Of a stretch of DNA of 64,000 nucleotides, positions 25,982 to 37,818 are shown piece after piece. Origin of the DNA: Lophium mytilinum. Taxonomy: Eukaryota. The first letter of the stretch is position 1. Each line of letters starts with the position of its first letter. The position numbers and the translations under genes are program-made. The notes beneath the pieces are model-generated. The model did not search any database and was not told where the DNA came from. It saw only the letters and a list, made by a program, of their open reading frames with translations. The stretch is taken from NCBI GenBank assembly GCA_010093605.1, contig MU004191.1, positions 1,782,816 to 1,846,815 of the forward strand, read 5' to 3'.

Positions 25982-26668
25982 GCCAGAGGCTTACCATCTT
26001 GGCCTCGGGATGGCCTGAGGGCCTAGGGGCTCGATCGACTGTGCGATCAATACGTGTAGGGGTTCTCGAATGTCACGACTATCTGTCCGAGCAATGGTTC
26101 AAGTTCGATAGCGACGAACGTAGGATGGGTACACATTTGAATTTATGGGCAGGTGCGTCCTTTGCTAGAGTTAGGGAATCGGTCGAGGGGACGCTGGGAT
26201 TACGAAGTTCTGTGCTTGGGGTAGGAGGTAGAACGAGACAGATATCAATCAACCCCTTCATATGAAAACATAAATTTGCAAACTTGATTTAGAGCTTGAA
26301 GTGATACTTACTTGGAAAGCATCCTGAGGTCAACAGCATGAGCAATCCATATTTTGACTACGAGGTAAGTTAGCATGGTCACGTGTCGATACAGATGTAA
26401 TAGAGTCTGGACTTTTTTAACTTGCATATCTCATTAGGTTTCTTACTCTCAAACTTACACTTCTGTTCTTGTTTTTTCGGACACTTCGACGGTGTTTGAC
26501 CAGGCAGATGAGGTACCCAGCCTCATGCATAATTAAGGTCTAACGATTTGAAATGTATTCCATGGATTTGAGGCCCAAGAAAGAGCCTGGTACATACATA
26601 CAAGAAGGTAATCATGGAACTCTATGAAAGCCAAAGGAAAACAGTGCTTACAATATCAGAATGCAAGA

Positions 26669-28102
26669 TCAGCATGCCAAAACATTTTGCAAACGCTCCC
26701 GAAGCGCCTCCTCGCCTTCTTTCCAACCACCCTCCCCAAGCTGTGTAGTGAAGGTCCACGAATGGGTTCGAGGAAACGCCGATTCAAGCACCTTATCCGC
26801 TGCATCAGCCGCGCTCCCATTGCCGTAAAGCGCATCATGAAGTGCAGTGAACATCGCGCTCTTCTCCGTAAACTTCGCATCGGAGTCTTCGCCAGCAACC
26901 TCTAGCATGGCTTTCGCGTAGAAATTCCGATATCGATCGAGCTCCTGTGGTGAAAGAGTAGTATACTCCTCCCCAGGCCAAACATATTGTGGTCGCCAGT
27001 CATGGCGAAGCCACATGGGAACAGCTGAGCCAACACACCGGGGAACGGTTTTGATGCCGTCAAAGTCGATGAGACCGGTTACATTGCCGTCATCATCAAC
27101 GTACACGTTCTGGAGATCGAGATCGGCGTGTGCGAGGACAAAGGTTTCGCCACCAGTAGATTTGCCCGCGGAATCGACCTTGGTGAATGGCGGCATGGCG
27201 AAAGCTGTTCGGAGAATCTTATGGATCCCGCGCACTCGGTCATCAATGCGCGACATCGCCTCCTTCTCTTGCAAAGCCGCTTCATAGTATTCTTTAGCGG
27301 TGCTAAAAGCAGGGATGGTCTTAAGCTCTCGGGCGATCCCCAAATCTTCGGGATGATCTTTGATATCCTTTGGCACCCGGAAGGTGTGTGTTGGTCCTAC
27401 TACTGGATCCTGATCTCCATCGAAGTGGAGCGTGCCGATCTTGTTAAATTCCAGCTTCCCAAACTCATTCATTGCTTTCGCAAGCGACGTGAGAATGTTT
27501 TGCCGAATTTCTTCAATGTTGTGTTGATGCTTGTACCAAACCTTATGTACAGGCTTACCCTCGACAAAGCCCATCATGATATAAGGCGCGCCGATAGAAT
27601 TGCTGAAGGTGCAGTCAAAGCCGAGTATCGCTGGAACGGGCGCCTTGGTGTGCTTGGCAAGGTAAGCCATCGTGAGCGCCTCAGTCTTTATGTTGACAGC
27701 GTCCTCTGGAGTCCAACGGTCAGCATGTCCAGTGGCTGGAACTTTGATGACGATTTTCTCCCTAGTGGGGGTTTCCACAATCCAAACGCAATGGAATGTG
27801 CCTTCATCTTGATCTAGAACTAAGAAATTCTCCGCATTAAGCTGTTTCCCTGGATCAAGAATCGAGAGAGTCAAGTCAATCAGAGCCTGATTCGAGATGT
27901 TCTTAATTGGCCCCCAATATCGAAGATCATGCTCTTCGTCCTCGTCATCCTCTTCGCCCTCGTCATCCTCTTCATCCTCGTCATCTTCATCTACATGCTC
28001 GACTTCCGGGTCTTCGACGGGCGTATTGGCGTGGAGTCGGGGCGGTTGAGCATTTTCAGGTTCCGCTTGCGCGTTGCCGAAGAGGCGAAGAATGCGCTGC
28101 AT
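26669..28102 (-). CDS. APH/phosphotransferase-family (protein-kinase-like) protein, copy 1
   Basis: 477-aa intronless ORF with EGTFH, IKVP, IGAPYIMMGFVEG, Brenner-type motif FVLAHADLDLQNVYVD and GLIDFD. The N-terminal acidic tract is encoded by an 18-bp repeat. Confidence 0.92.
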   Translation of the reverse strand: MQRILRLFGNAQAEPENAQPPRLHANTPVEDPEVEHVDEDDEDEEDDEGEEDDEDEEHDLRYWGPIKNISNQALIDLTLSILDPGKQLNAENFLVLDQDEGTFHCVWIVETPTREKIVIKVPATGHADRWTPEDAVNIKTEALTMAYLAKHTKAPVPAILGFDCTFSNSIGAPYIMMGFVEGKPVHKVWYKHQHNIEEIRQNILTSLAKAMNEFGKLEFNKIGTLHFDGDQDPVVGPTHTFRVPKDIKDHPEDLGIARELKTIPAFSTAKEYYEAALQEKEAMSRIDDRVRGIHKILRTAFAMPPFTKVDSAGKSTGGETFVLAHADLDLQNVYVDDDGNVTGLIDFDGIKTVPRCVGSAVPMWLRHDWRPQYVWPGEEYTTLSPQELDRYRNFYAKAMLEVAGEDSDAKFTEKSAMFTALHDALYGNGSAADAADKVLESAFPRTHSWTFTTQLGEGGWKEGEEALRERLQNVLAC

Positions 28103-29422
28103 TGGTTTCAGCTTCTTTGCGGGAGGATGCTCTTGAATGGTGGGTTCAATCTTGACTTTTTTCTGGCGCAGGCCAACTGCGCGAGCGCAAGTCCGACCGA
28201 CCTCACGAGCGAAGTCGCGGAATTTGCGTTTCTGGACCTTGGCTAGAGTAGTGGCTGTGCCTGAAGTAGAAGGTGCGGTGGAGATAATGGCGGGGGTGGT
28301 GTGGTTGAAGATTTGGAGCTAGCGATCGATTCGTTCTACACTGAGGGATTGTACACTGACTTATGTAAGCGTGTGCAAATTGTTTGAATGTAGGTTTGCT
28401 GACAGACGTGTGGTAAGCAAAAAGAGGGAGTGCAAGCAAATGTGATGGAAAGATACTTATACCTGGGAAGTGAAAGGGCCCAGGCTGTATGTATATACAT
28501 TCACGAACAATGAGACTTGATCTTAGATCAACGCCTGAACCGAAAACAATGCTTTCGAGTTATGTTCAAGATGTATGTCGGTATAGAGGTAAATGGGAAT
28601 GCAGATTCAAGAGACATAGACTTACACGTTGCACAATGCGCAATATCCCACGACGCTATCGCCATCATTCACTGCCAACAACGTCTCCCTCGGAATACAG
28701 TTTCACCATAGTAGCATCACGACACTCGACATGTATACTGACACGTCCTCGTAAACATGAGCCCCTACCACAGACCACTCCAGTGTTTATACTCTTTTTG
28801 ACACCCTAATGTCTCATTCTAGTGACTGTGTAGAGAAAATGGTGAAATGGAGAAAAGAGCCATCTCATCTGTCAACTCTGCAATCTGAAGGTTTTGCACT
28901 AGCTCCCGGGCATTGAACTGATAAGATTTTCGCATATTCCTACTCCTGATTATAGATCGGCTCGATCTTTTTCGGAAGAAGGCAAGATAGGGATGACTAT
29001 AACGAGGCAAAGTGCAGCGAAAGCTTAATATGGGAAGGTATCATTTAGCTACCTAGAGTGTTTGCTCCCATGCCATCATGATTGTATGCCTGAAATTTCG
29101 GGGTTGTCCGGCGAGATGCGGGCTCTGGGCTGTAGGCGCTTTGGGCATTGTAAACCACCAATCACAGGCCAGATTCTTGTCTGCCATCGGATACCATTGA
29201 ATTGTATATGAAAAGCCTCATCGAGAGCTGCTTCCCACACCGGCACGTAGCTTTTCATCATACAAGCAGGGGGGAAGAAGGAGAGAAAACAAAGGGTATC
29301 ATGATTCCACTCAATATGCCAACTCTTGTGAATTTTGAAACAGTCAAAATCAGAGGGCGATGGGAATTGAGAGAGGAAAGAGGAGTATGCATACCTGAGG
29401 ACGAAAACATTCGAATCCAAGT

Positions 29423-31152
29423 CTAGCAAGCGAAAAGCTCCTTGAACTTTGCACGCAGCCACTCTTCCTCGGCCTCGACGTACCCTTCCGCCCCAAGACG
29501 CAAGATATGCTCGTCCTTGCGAGTGCGGGGAACGAGCAGCTCCAAGATCTTGAAGAGGACCTCTTCCATCAGCTTGGCGTCACCGACAGCAAACTCAAGA
29601 GCGCTGAAGAAATGGCTCTTGCGGGTATATCGCCATGCGTCGCTGCTAGTTCCGCAAGCCTCCTTCATGTACCTAGCATAGTCCTCGCGGTAGCTGGCGA
29701 GGTGGGATGGCGACATGACGTTCTTGGCTGGCCACTCGTACATCACCCGCCAGTCAGCGCTGAGGAAGTTCGGGTAGCAAGGCCAACCAAGATAGATGGG
29801 GAGGGTTTCAGCTCGGTCCCAGTCGATGAAGGCAGTGACTGTCCCATCATCGGCGACAAGGGTGTTCTGCCAGTCAAAATCTAGGCGCCGATTAGCATCC
29901 TTGCAATCATAGCAGAACTGCGATCGGACTTGTGCGCGCATGGTAATTAGCAGGAAAGGTAATCTATATTTACCTGGCGGAGCGAGGACGAAGGGCTCAG
30001 GGGAAGAAGGATCGGCCTTCGCGAACGGAAAGTAGTCAAACATCATAGCAAAGAGCATGTAGATGCCCTTGTGTTCGTGATGCTTTTGGGCAGAGGCGCC
30101 TTTCTTGTCCTTCGCGCAGGTTTCCTTCCACCACTGATCGAGCCGGTATCTCAGCCACTCCTGTGATGTTGCGTAGGGAGGAGTGATTGCGTCATGCTTG
30201 TGAGTCCCGGTTTTGTCCGGGAGCCAACCAAAGTTGCGGTTGTAGGATTCGCCAACATATGGAGTTGAGATACGCTTCTCCAAAGATATCGGGAAACCAC
30301 CCGGGAAGTGCAGGGTGCCCATCTTGTCAAACTTGAGATGGCGCAGTGCACTCACACCCTCGGCCAGCGTCTTCAAGATGTGCTGGCGCTTTGCTTCAAG
30401 CTCAGCTGGTGTCAGCCCGTCGTCTTCGAACCACACATGGCTAGCGTCTCGTCCGTCGACTGCCGTCATGATCATGTAGGGCGCTTTCATGGCGTTCTTG
30501 AGGGTGTTGTTGACATGAAGCATGTCTGGTATCCGCATTTGGCTGTTCTCCCGGATGTACCTAACCGTGCATGCTTGGGATAAGAAGTTTTTCGCGTGCA
30601 TTTCGCTCCAATTGTCGCCCTAGAGATTGGTTCGTATCAACGAGATCTAGATGCATGATCGGGTCGCTAGAGCGAAGGAAAGAAGAAGAATTGAATGTGA
30701 GTTGGCGCGCTATCAACGACGACAATACGAGACGTTTGATGGCAATGAGATGCAACATGACTTACCCATCCACAAGCTGGAATGCGCACACAGACATCCC
30801 ACCCATCGTTGTAGCGGATGATGAAGGCGCGGTTGTTGAAGCCCTCGGCGTGAAGTTTGACAATCGCGGTGATGTCGCTGGGCTCGGCGATTGGGAACTT
30901 CTCATCAGTGTCCTCTAGCTCAGGGTAGAGGCGTCGCCGGTAGGCAAGCGCAACCTCGAGAGCGGCTTCATCGGGGATGCTGAGGATAGGGCCCCACTTG
31001 AGCGCGTCGAACTCGCGGTCTTTGTAGGAATGGCCGCGGTCGAGGGCGAGAGAAGACTCAGATCTGTCGTCTCCAAAGTACAGGGAACGGTGGAACACTC
31101 TCTTGGTCAGGCTCACGAGGTTGTCGAACGAAGATGGTCGCGTGGGACCCAT
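29423..31152 (-). CDS. APH/phosphotransferase-family (protein-kinase-like) protein, copy 2 (3 exons)
   Basis: Exons 31152-30766, 30619-29974 and 29880-29423. Splicing gives EGFNN...VRIPACGW|GDNWSE...APYMIMTAVDG...FVLAPP|DFDWQNTLV...FIDWD, collinear with copy 1. Confidence 0.88.
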
Positions 31153-32081
31153 CTCTGGGCCGGTGAGAGGAGGCTGCTGGCGAGCAAAGGGGAGCCGCGT
31201 GGCAGATGGAAGAGAGGAGGAGCCGATGAAGGGCGGAAGGAAGGTTGTGAAAGAAGAGAGGAAGCTGAGAGTGTGTGTTGTGGAGGGGAGGGTGACGAGG
31301 CGAGATGGAGTGCGTTGCTTGAAAGAGGCAGGCGCGCTAGTGATGAGAGATGGCCTCCTCGGATCACTGCGTGCGTTGCTCCGTATCACCCATGTTATCT
31401 TAAATCGGGCAGAAGCGGTGAAGATGTCGGTATCCTGACTACGGGATGGCGTTAAAGGGCAATATAGAATCCACAATGGCCCTGAGTGAGATGTCGGGGG
31501 CCTGGGGCTTCGGCACCCAGCGACGTCGAGCTTTGACAATGAGGCTCCATACTATTCCGTTTGATTTGACCAGCCAGCACGGTAGTGACCCAGAAGCGTG
31601 TCGTCGTGAGTTGTGCAGAATCCTAGCCTATCGACCATGGTACGCGGTCCCTTGTACTGCGGTACGCCTCGTGTCTTGGCCTTACCAGAACGAAGTTCAA
31701 CCTTGGAACAAGTTATAGATGCCTCTATAAAGCAATCATAACCCCACCGTGTAGCCTAGTACGTCAGGAACGACCCAAGACCATGAAGCCTTATTTTTAA
31801 GCCCACCTGTTGGGGGTTTGCTCAGGGGAGACTTATGAGATTGATACAAACCGCCGTGGGACTACTCTAGTTTGCTTCCTTACCAATGAGAACACATATC
31901 TAGTCTCGCCTAAATTTGAGATCCTTACCTCAGCTTGCTTGCTTGATAATTAGATCTATACTACCAGCGAAGTATACGCAAAACGAAACGCCCAAAGGAA
32001 TCTCCAGCTGCCCAACAAGTCCTGGATTTCTATTGTTCCTCTTTGCCAACAACCCGCCCTCTGTTCCCCGATCTTCCTCGG

Positions 32082-33020
32082 CTATCGCTCTTCCCCCTGC
32101 CTAACACTCTCCACATTAAACCCCCTCTCCTCCCTTCTCTTGTTGACCCAGTCCCCGAACGGCCTCCAAATCGCCTCTTTCTCCGCCGGCTTCAAGCTCG
32201 CCGCCAGCCCACTCGTTGTCGTCGTCACAAACACCCTCGCGCCTCCCCACGCTCCCCCCTCCTCCCCCTCCCCACAAACCCCCATATTCTCCGCCTCCCC
32301 CTGCCACCCATACGCAAACTCCCCCTTCTTGAACCCCCTCCTATACCGCCACCGCCACACCCCTTCCCAAATCCCCTTCCCCACTATACACACCGCCTCG
32401 GGCCTATACCGCCGAAACTTCTCCTCCAGGATCTTCGTCCCCGCTGCGATCTCTTCTTTACTCAGCTCCGCCGCGTCCTTGCTCGGCCGTGACACGATGT
32501 TCGTGTTGCCCATGCAGTATGCGGCGGGCAGCGAGCGGTCTTCTGAGGGTGAGAGGCGCCGCGCGGTGAGCCCGGAGCTGTGTAGTAGCTTCCAGAAGTG
32601 GTTCGAGGGGTGCGCGTAGGCGTGTCCGGCGGTTGCGGTTTGTACGCCGGGGTTGGTGCCGACGAAGACGCAGACGAGATTGGGTTCGAGGATGTCGGTT
32701 AGGGGGTTCAGGTGGGCGTAGGTGGAGGGAGCGGCGTATTTGCTGCTTTGGCGACGCTTTTTGGAGGGTTTGGGGGAGATGGTTGAGACGGCATCGTTGG
32801 AGGATTGGAGGGTGCGTTTGGGGAGACGGGCGGGGGAGGGGGTCGGTTTCTTTGGTGACGCTTGTGGAGTGGAGCTTGAAGCGTAGGAGAATTGTTGGAG
32901 GCGGCCGTTGAAGGTGGGTGGTGGTGCTTGGGGATCGGAGTTTGATGGTGGGTCGAGGGGTGTCGTTGGATCGGGCGCTGCTTCTTTCGCGGTGACCTTG
33001 ACGGATCGTGTTCGTGCCAT
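32082..33020 (-). CDS. thp1: G/U (G/T) mismatch-specific DNA glycosylase, TDG/MUG family
   Basis: VFVGTNPG, GHAYAHPSNHFWKLLHSSGLT, GNTNIVSRP, CIVGKGIW and TTSGLAAS motifs. Confidence 0.93.
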   Translation of the reverse strand: MARTRSVKVTAKEAAPDPTTPLDPPSNSDPQAPPPTFNGRLQQFSYASSSTPQASPKKPTPSPARLPKRTLQSSNDAVSTISPKPSKKRRQSSKYAAPSTYAHLNPLTDILEPNLVCVFVGTNPGVQTATAGHAYAHPSNHFWKLLHSSGLTARRLSPSEDRSLPAAYCMGNTNIVSRPSKDAAELSKEEIAAGTKILEEKFRRYRPEAVCIVGKGIWEGVWRWRYRRGFKKGEFAYGWQGEAENMGVCGEGEEGGAWGGARVFVTTTTSGLAASLKPAEKEAIWRPFGDWVNKRREERGFNVESVRQGEER

Positions 33021-33252
33021 TGCGATGTGGTCTTGACTGGAGAATTGAGTTGAGATCCTTGATAATTATTGAGACAAGATTTCCCTTTACTTTAAATACT
33101 TTGGGAGAGGTTTTCAGCTTGCAGCCTGGAGTGGCTTGAAGAGGCGCATAACGTGACTTCGTATTCTCGCGGTCTTTCGTGTTTCGATCTTAGCGTCCAT
33201 ATCAACCACGCGAATCTACGCGTCTACAACCTCACTATACTCTCCAGACACA

Positions 33253-33833
33253 ATGCTGGCCATCCAGATACCCTCCACGAAGTCGCCAGAGTGCACGCCG
33301 AATCTCCTCCCTGCGCGCCTCAACCACGATGGCCCCGTAAACGCCACCGAGCGGCATTGGAATCCAGAAACCACAGAAAGTACGTTAATCGACCCCAAGA
33401 TCGTGGTAGCATGCTAATAGACGTAGACGGAGACACCACCGCCTTTTTCCGAGGGCGTAAATTGAAAGGGCGGACCGTGAAGATTCCAGAGGGATACAAA
33501 GGCGTCGTGCTGGACATCACGGATAAAGCTGCGCCGCAACCAAAAAAAGTGCAAAATGAAGGTCGTGCGGATGACGAGGGAGACAATGAGGAGGAGGAGG
33601 ACCCGGTGGATGTCAAGGCGGTAGAAGAGCTGGCCACTTTTGAAGAAATTGTCGTTTGGGGACATGAGGCTGCACCCGCGAATACGGAGGATCCTTACGC
33701 GAAAGGAGTCCATGAGTGGATAGGCTTTGCAGAGGCGGTGAGTCTAGACTCTGAATAGGGGTTGATGTATGGTGGCTGATGAGGGCAGATGCATTGTGAG
33801 GATGAAACGCCCTCAATACCAGGGACATCATAA
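33253..33833 (+). CDS. RNH203: Ribonuclease H2 non-catalytic subunit C
   Basis: Exon 1 MLAIQ...PNLLPARLNHDGPV; intron 33380 to about 33426; AFFRGRKLKG, IPEGYKG, FEEIVVWGHE, DPY and EWIGFAEA motifs; intron about 33738-33788; last exon MHCEDETPSIPGTS*. Confidence 0.88.
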
Positions 33834-34123
33834 CGAGGTTGTTTGGGAGTTCATGGAGTCAGTCTATTATACTACAACAGAGCAGGTAGCAGTATGGAAG
33901 CAAGCCTGCACAATTACTTGCTGGAGCCTGGGAGAACACTACAAACCTCGTCATGCACCCACGCCTAAGTACCAAGCACCCGTAAGGACAGTGTCTAATG
34001 GCCAGCATTACCCTGTAGAGGCAAAACAGTATAGAAAGAAACACTAACATAAGAAACCACCCTCACAGAAGAAAACAAATCCTACAAAGTCGTCTACGCC
34101 ACCACATAACCCCGCAAAGTCCA

Positions 34124-34615
34124 TCAAATCCTTTGGGAACTTCCGTCAACCTCACATCCCAGGTTCCTGGTTATCTTGCGCACTTTCGAGCGAAAATCCT
34201 CTTCGAACTCCTAGTCGTCTACATCTGTGTACCAAGTCGCGCCGGGAAGTTTGTTCATCCATAGATTATAGCGGTGGTGCACTATTCCTTCGCTTTAGCC
34301 TATACCCTCTTTGTTCTTCCCGAGAAAGGGACACATACATTCCTTACTGCACTTATCACTCTCTTTCCACGAGTCTTTCCACTTTGCGTGAAGGGTCTCG
34401 AGTTCAGCATCCGTGTTAACTTCATGAACCCTCCAACGCCTAGTATCGCGGTCTCTCAGTGCTCGAGAGGCAATCTTGTAGCAGCCACCCGCGATGGCAG
34501 GATTGGTGGTGAAGCCTTCCCCAGCCTCTAACAGCTGTTCGTCGTGAGGACCGTATACTGCCCACATTTCAGGGTATGTGATGATCCAGCCTCTGGGTTT
34601 CCTGGCTTCCGCCAT
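34124..34615 (-). pseudogene. Small hypothetical gene, probably a pseudogene with two premature stops
   Basis: The 106-aa ORF continues in frame past TAA (34295-34297) and TAG (34211-34213) as SEGIVHHRYNLWMNKLPGATWYTDVDD*EFEEDFRSKVRKITRNLG to a TGA at 34124. Confidence 0.5.
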
Positions 34616-35322
34616 AGTGTAATCACGAAAAGCTTGTTCGATCTCTGGTTTCGAAATGTTTGTTTGGTATCTTCAGCGTGGCCGGGAAGAGTTGGAGAGG
34701 TGATATCGATATGAGGAAAGAAGAACGGCGGAATCGCTAGCTACGCTCTTGATATACTACGACATGACTCCTCACAGTCCAGCTCAGACCGCGTACTGAA
34801 ACTCTCAAAACCGATCTGACTCTCTACTGGGGTGTGTGCTGTAAGACTCATTTGCCAGCGTAGGGCGACTTCTGGTCCAGCGCCGCAGAAAAAGGCTCAG
34901 AACGCAGACATGACACTACAGTGCTCGAGATTCAGTGATTCAAGAATGTTTTGAATAAAGGAATGGGTAATGTACTCAAGAACTATGAGAATAGGAGTTA
35001 CATATGAGCAAAAGTGGTGGTCCTGTTATGACTACCTACTCCTTCTCACGATTTCTTCACATTTCTCACGCCCCGGCTGATTTACATGGTTTGCTCGACG
35101 TTGGGCGATTTGCGCAACTTGACAGCCTTAGAATTAGGGTGTCATAAATTCATGGTTACATCCTCAATTCAACGTTGCCAACTCTCCTACGCTCGGTCTT
35201 ATGTTATTAGGCGCTTATCTCAAGATCACCTCCTTTCATCATCCACAAAAAGTAAAGTTAGCCTCGAGTGCTCAGGTTCATAGTTCAGTTCCCATTCAAG
35301 CTCCTAAACTCGTCCTCACCCT

Positions 35323-36899
35323 TCAAATGTCCTCAACAAGTTTACTCTGATCCACATAAAAAGACTTCACCAACCTCTCCTTACTATCCACAAAATCAAT
35401 CTTCTCAATCTCCCTCTGGATCTCCTCCCGCGACCTCACAATCTCCTTCGCCACATCCTTCCACGCCAACGTCTCCCTCCCCCCGAGAACCTCCCTCGCC
35501 ACCTCATCAACAACCACATCCACCAACCTGCCCCCCCTCTTCCTAACCACCCCATCTACAATCACCACCTCCACATCCGCCGGACTCGAATGCATCACCA
35601 CCGCAACCACCGCATCCTGCTGCGCCGCCCCCACCATCGCCGGACTCACCGCATCAAACACGACCACATCCGCCAGCTTCCCCACCGCCAAACTCCCAAT
35701 CCTATCCTGCGCCCTCACCGCCCTTGCCCCGAGTATCGTCCCCAGATTAAACGCCCGCTCCACCCCCATCGCCGCATGCAGCTTCGTCGGCGTAACGCCC
35801 GCCGCCTCAAACCGCAGATTCCGCATCCCCCGCGCCGCCTGAAGCCCCGTCCGCATCACCTCCGGCATCGACGCCGCCACCGCGCTGTGACAATCCACCC
35901 CTAGACTACAGCTCGCATGGATACCGGGGATATCCTCGCGCCACGCGACCGGCGCGCCGTGCGCCATCTGCAGCTCGATCGCCGGCGTGCAGCTCACATG
36001 CGCGCCCGCATTCGTGATGAGCGCCACGTCTGACGCCGAGCAGCCGGTGGCGTGGGAGAAGAGGATGCTCTGGTCCAGCACGCCGAACGTACTCAGCGTC
36101 TCGGGTAGCGAGGCGAGCGACATCTGCGCCGAGCGGACGTAGTGCGAGGTTATGGTGCGCACGCCGCAGTCCTTCGCGTGGGCGAAGAGTTCCGTGACGA
36201 GCGCCGGGCCGAGGAAGTAGAAGTCGAAGCCTAGTCCGAGCTGCACGCGGGAGGAGCCCCAGCCGGCGGCGAGGGAGGCGGAGAGGGAGGTGAGGTTGGG
36301 GAAGACCCAGGGTTCGAGCGGGGTGGGGGATTTGGTGAGGGGGTGCCAGGAGGTGATGCGCGCGGTTGGGGTGTAGGCGAAGGTGGAGCGGAGGCCGGAG
36401 GAGATGGTCGCGGCGAGGGCGGTGCGCGAGGCGGTGGGGGAGACGTCGATGTGGGCGTGGTCGAGGATGTAGGTTGTGCCGGCTGCGAGGGCTTCGAGGC
36501 AACCGGCGAGTTGGCCGTAGAAGATGGAGGATTCGGTGTACTGGGAGGATTGGGCGTTGCCTGCGAAGGGTTAGGGTTGGTGAGTGAGGAAATGTGGGAA
36601 GGGACGGGTGTAGGGTAAAGTGTACCAGTGGCCATATATTCCAGGAGCTGTTCGTCGGCGTGGCGGCCTTTTAGTTGGGTTTGCCAGAGATGGTGGTGCG
36701 TATCGACGAAGCCGGGACTGATTATTTTGTCGGTGCAGTGGATTGTTTCCACATCCTGAAGGGCGGATATGTCAATGTTAGGGGCGATTTTAGCAATTGT
36801 GTTCCCAGTGATTAGGATATCTGTTTTCTCGCTGCGAACATGGTCGTCGACACCGTGAAGGAGTGCGGTCCCATTTTTCAAGAGAATGGAAGAAGACAT
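35323..36899 (-). CDS. Metallo-dependent amidohydrolase (MTA/SAH-deaminase-like family)
   Basis: MSSSILLKNG...ISPGFVDTHHHLWQT; intron 36625-36561; later SH, LGVDCHS and GSLAVGKLADVVVFD motifs. Confidence 0.92.
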
Positions 36900-37818
36900 T
36901 GCCAATTGAGCAGTCAGGTGAGGATGGATTGGAGTGTGGAGTGCGAGTGTAGTAGACAACAGAAAGCTAATGAAATTGAACTAGAAGAAGAACAGTATAG
37001 GAGTCGCTTATATATACTCAGAACTAAAGGCAAACGCTGAAACCTGAAAAGGAGTGACGGAAAGTAGCTGCAGCTCCGCTTAGGGCTTGTAAGTCTGATA
37101 GCCTACTTTGATAATACTCCGACCAATCGCGTCGTAGCGCCGAGATCGTACAGCGAGATAGTATATCCACTAGAGCCGAAAGTAGAATTGATCTCGCACT
37201 TTACCTCTAAATCCGGAATAAGGAGCGAGTACATATGCTTATACAAATATGGCCAGAAGCAAGAGGTCTACGGTTTACTAACACTCGGCCTCGCCATTTG
37301 TTTAGACGCGACGTCCCAAACCCCGAGGCCGAGGTGCCAGGTAGGTAATGGATCGGGGGTGGAAATAGCAAGGATGATATCTTGGACTGTTGTACCGATC
37401 GCAATGTGGATGTGGATCTTGAAAACCTGTAGAAAGTACCCTCCCAAATCGCTGCCGAGTGAAGTTGCGATGCAAAAACGCTTACAACATATTCTAGCCA
37501 AGAAGCCTATTACTATTCTGGGCTTGTTTAACGATGCTGATTGGTTGAGCTATCTAGCCAAGAACCACTACCTTAAAGATTTCATAGCTTCGATAAAGCT
37601 GGGCCGTGATAGGAATGTCATAGGGTGGGAAAGGAAAGAAACTGGGCATCAAGTGTGCTTCCAAGAAAAGCGTTCCGGAGCGAAGCGTTCGAAATCGTAT
37701 AGTCATGATGCTACGTAGAAGGCGATTGCTGGGCTCATAAAATCGTTCAGAGTGTTCCCAAACGCCTTGCTGAAACGCTGCAAATACTTTCCCAGAGGAA
37801 AAACAGGTAGATTAACCC

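Noticed and set aside
26669..31152. Spok meiotic-drive genes
   Set aside because: No coiled-coil, nuclease or Cys-cluster architecture; these are stand-alone APH-like kinases.
37188..37718. 176-aa plus-strand ORF
   Set aside because: Starts at TTG, has no recognisable motif or splice support, and lies in an intergenic position.
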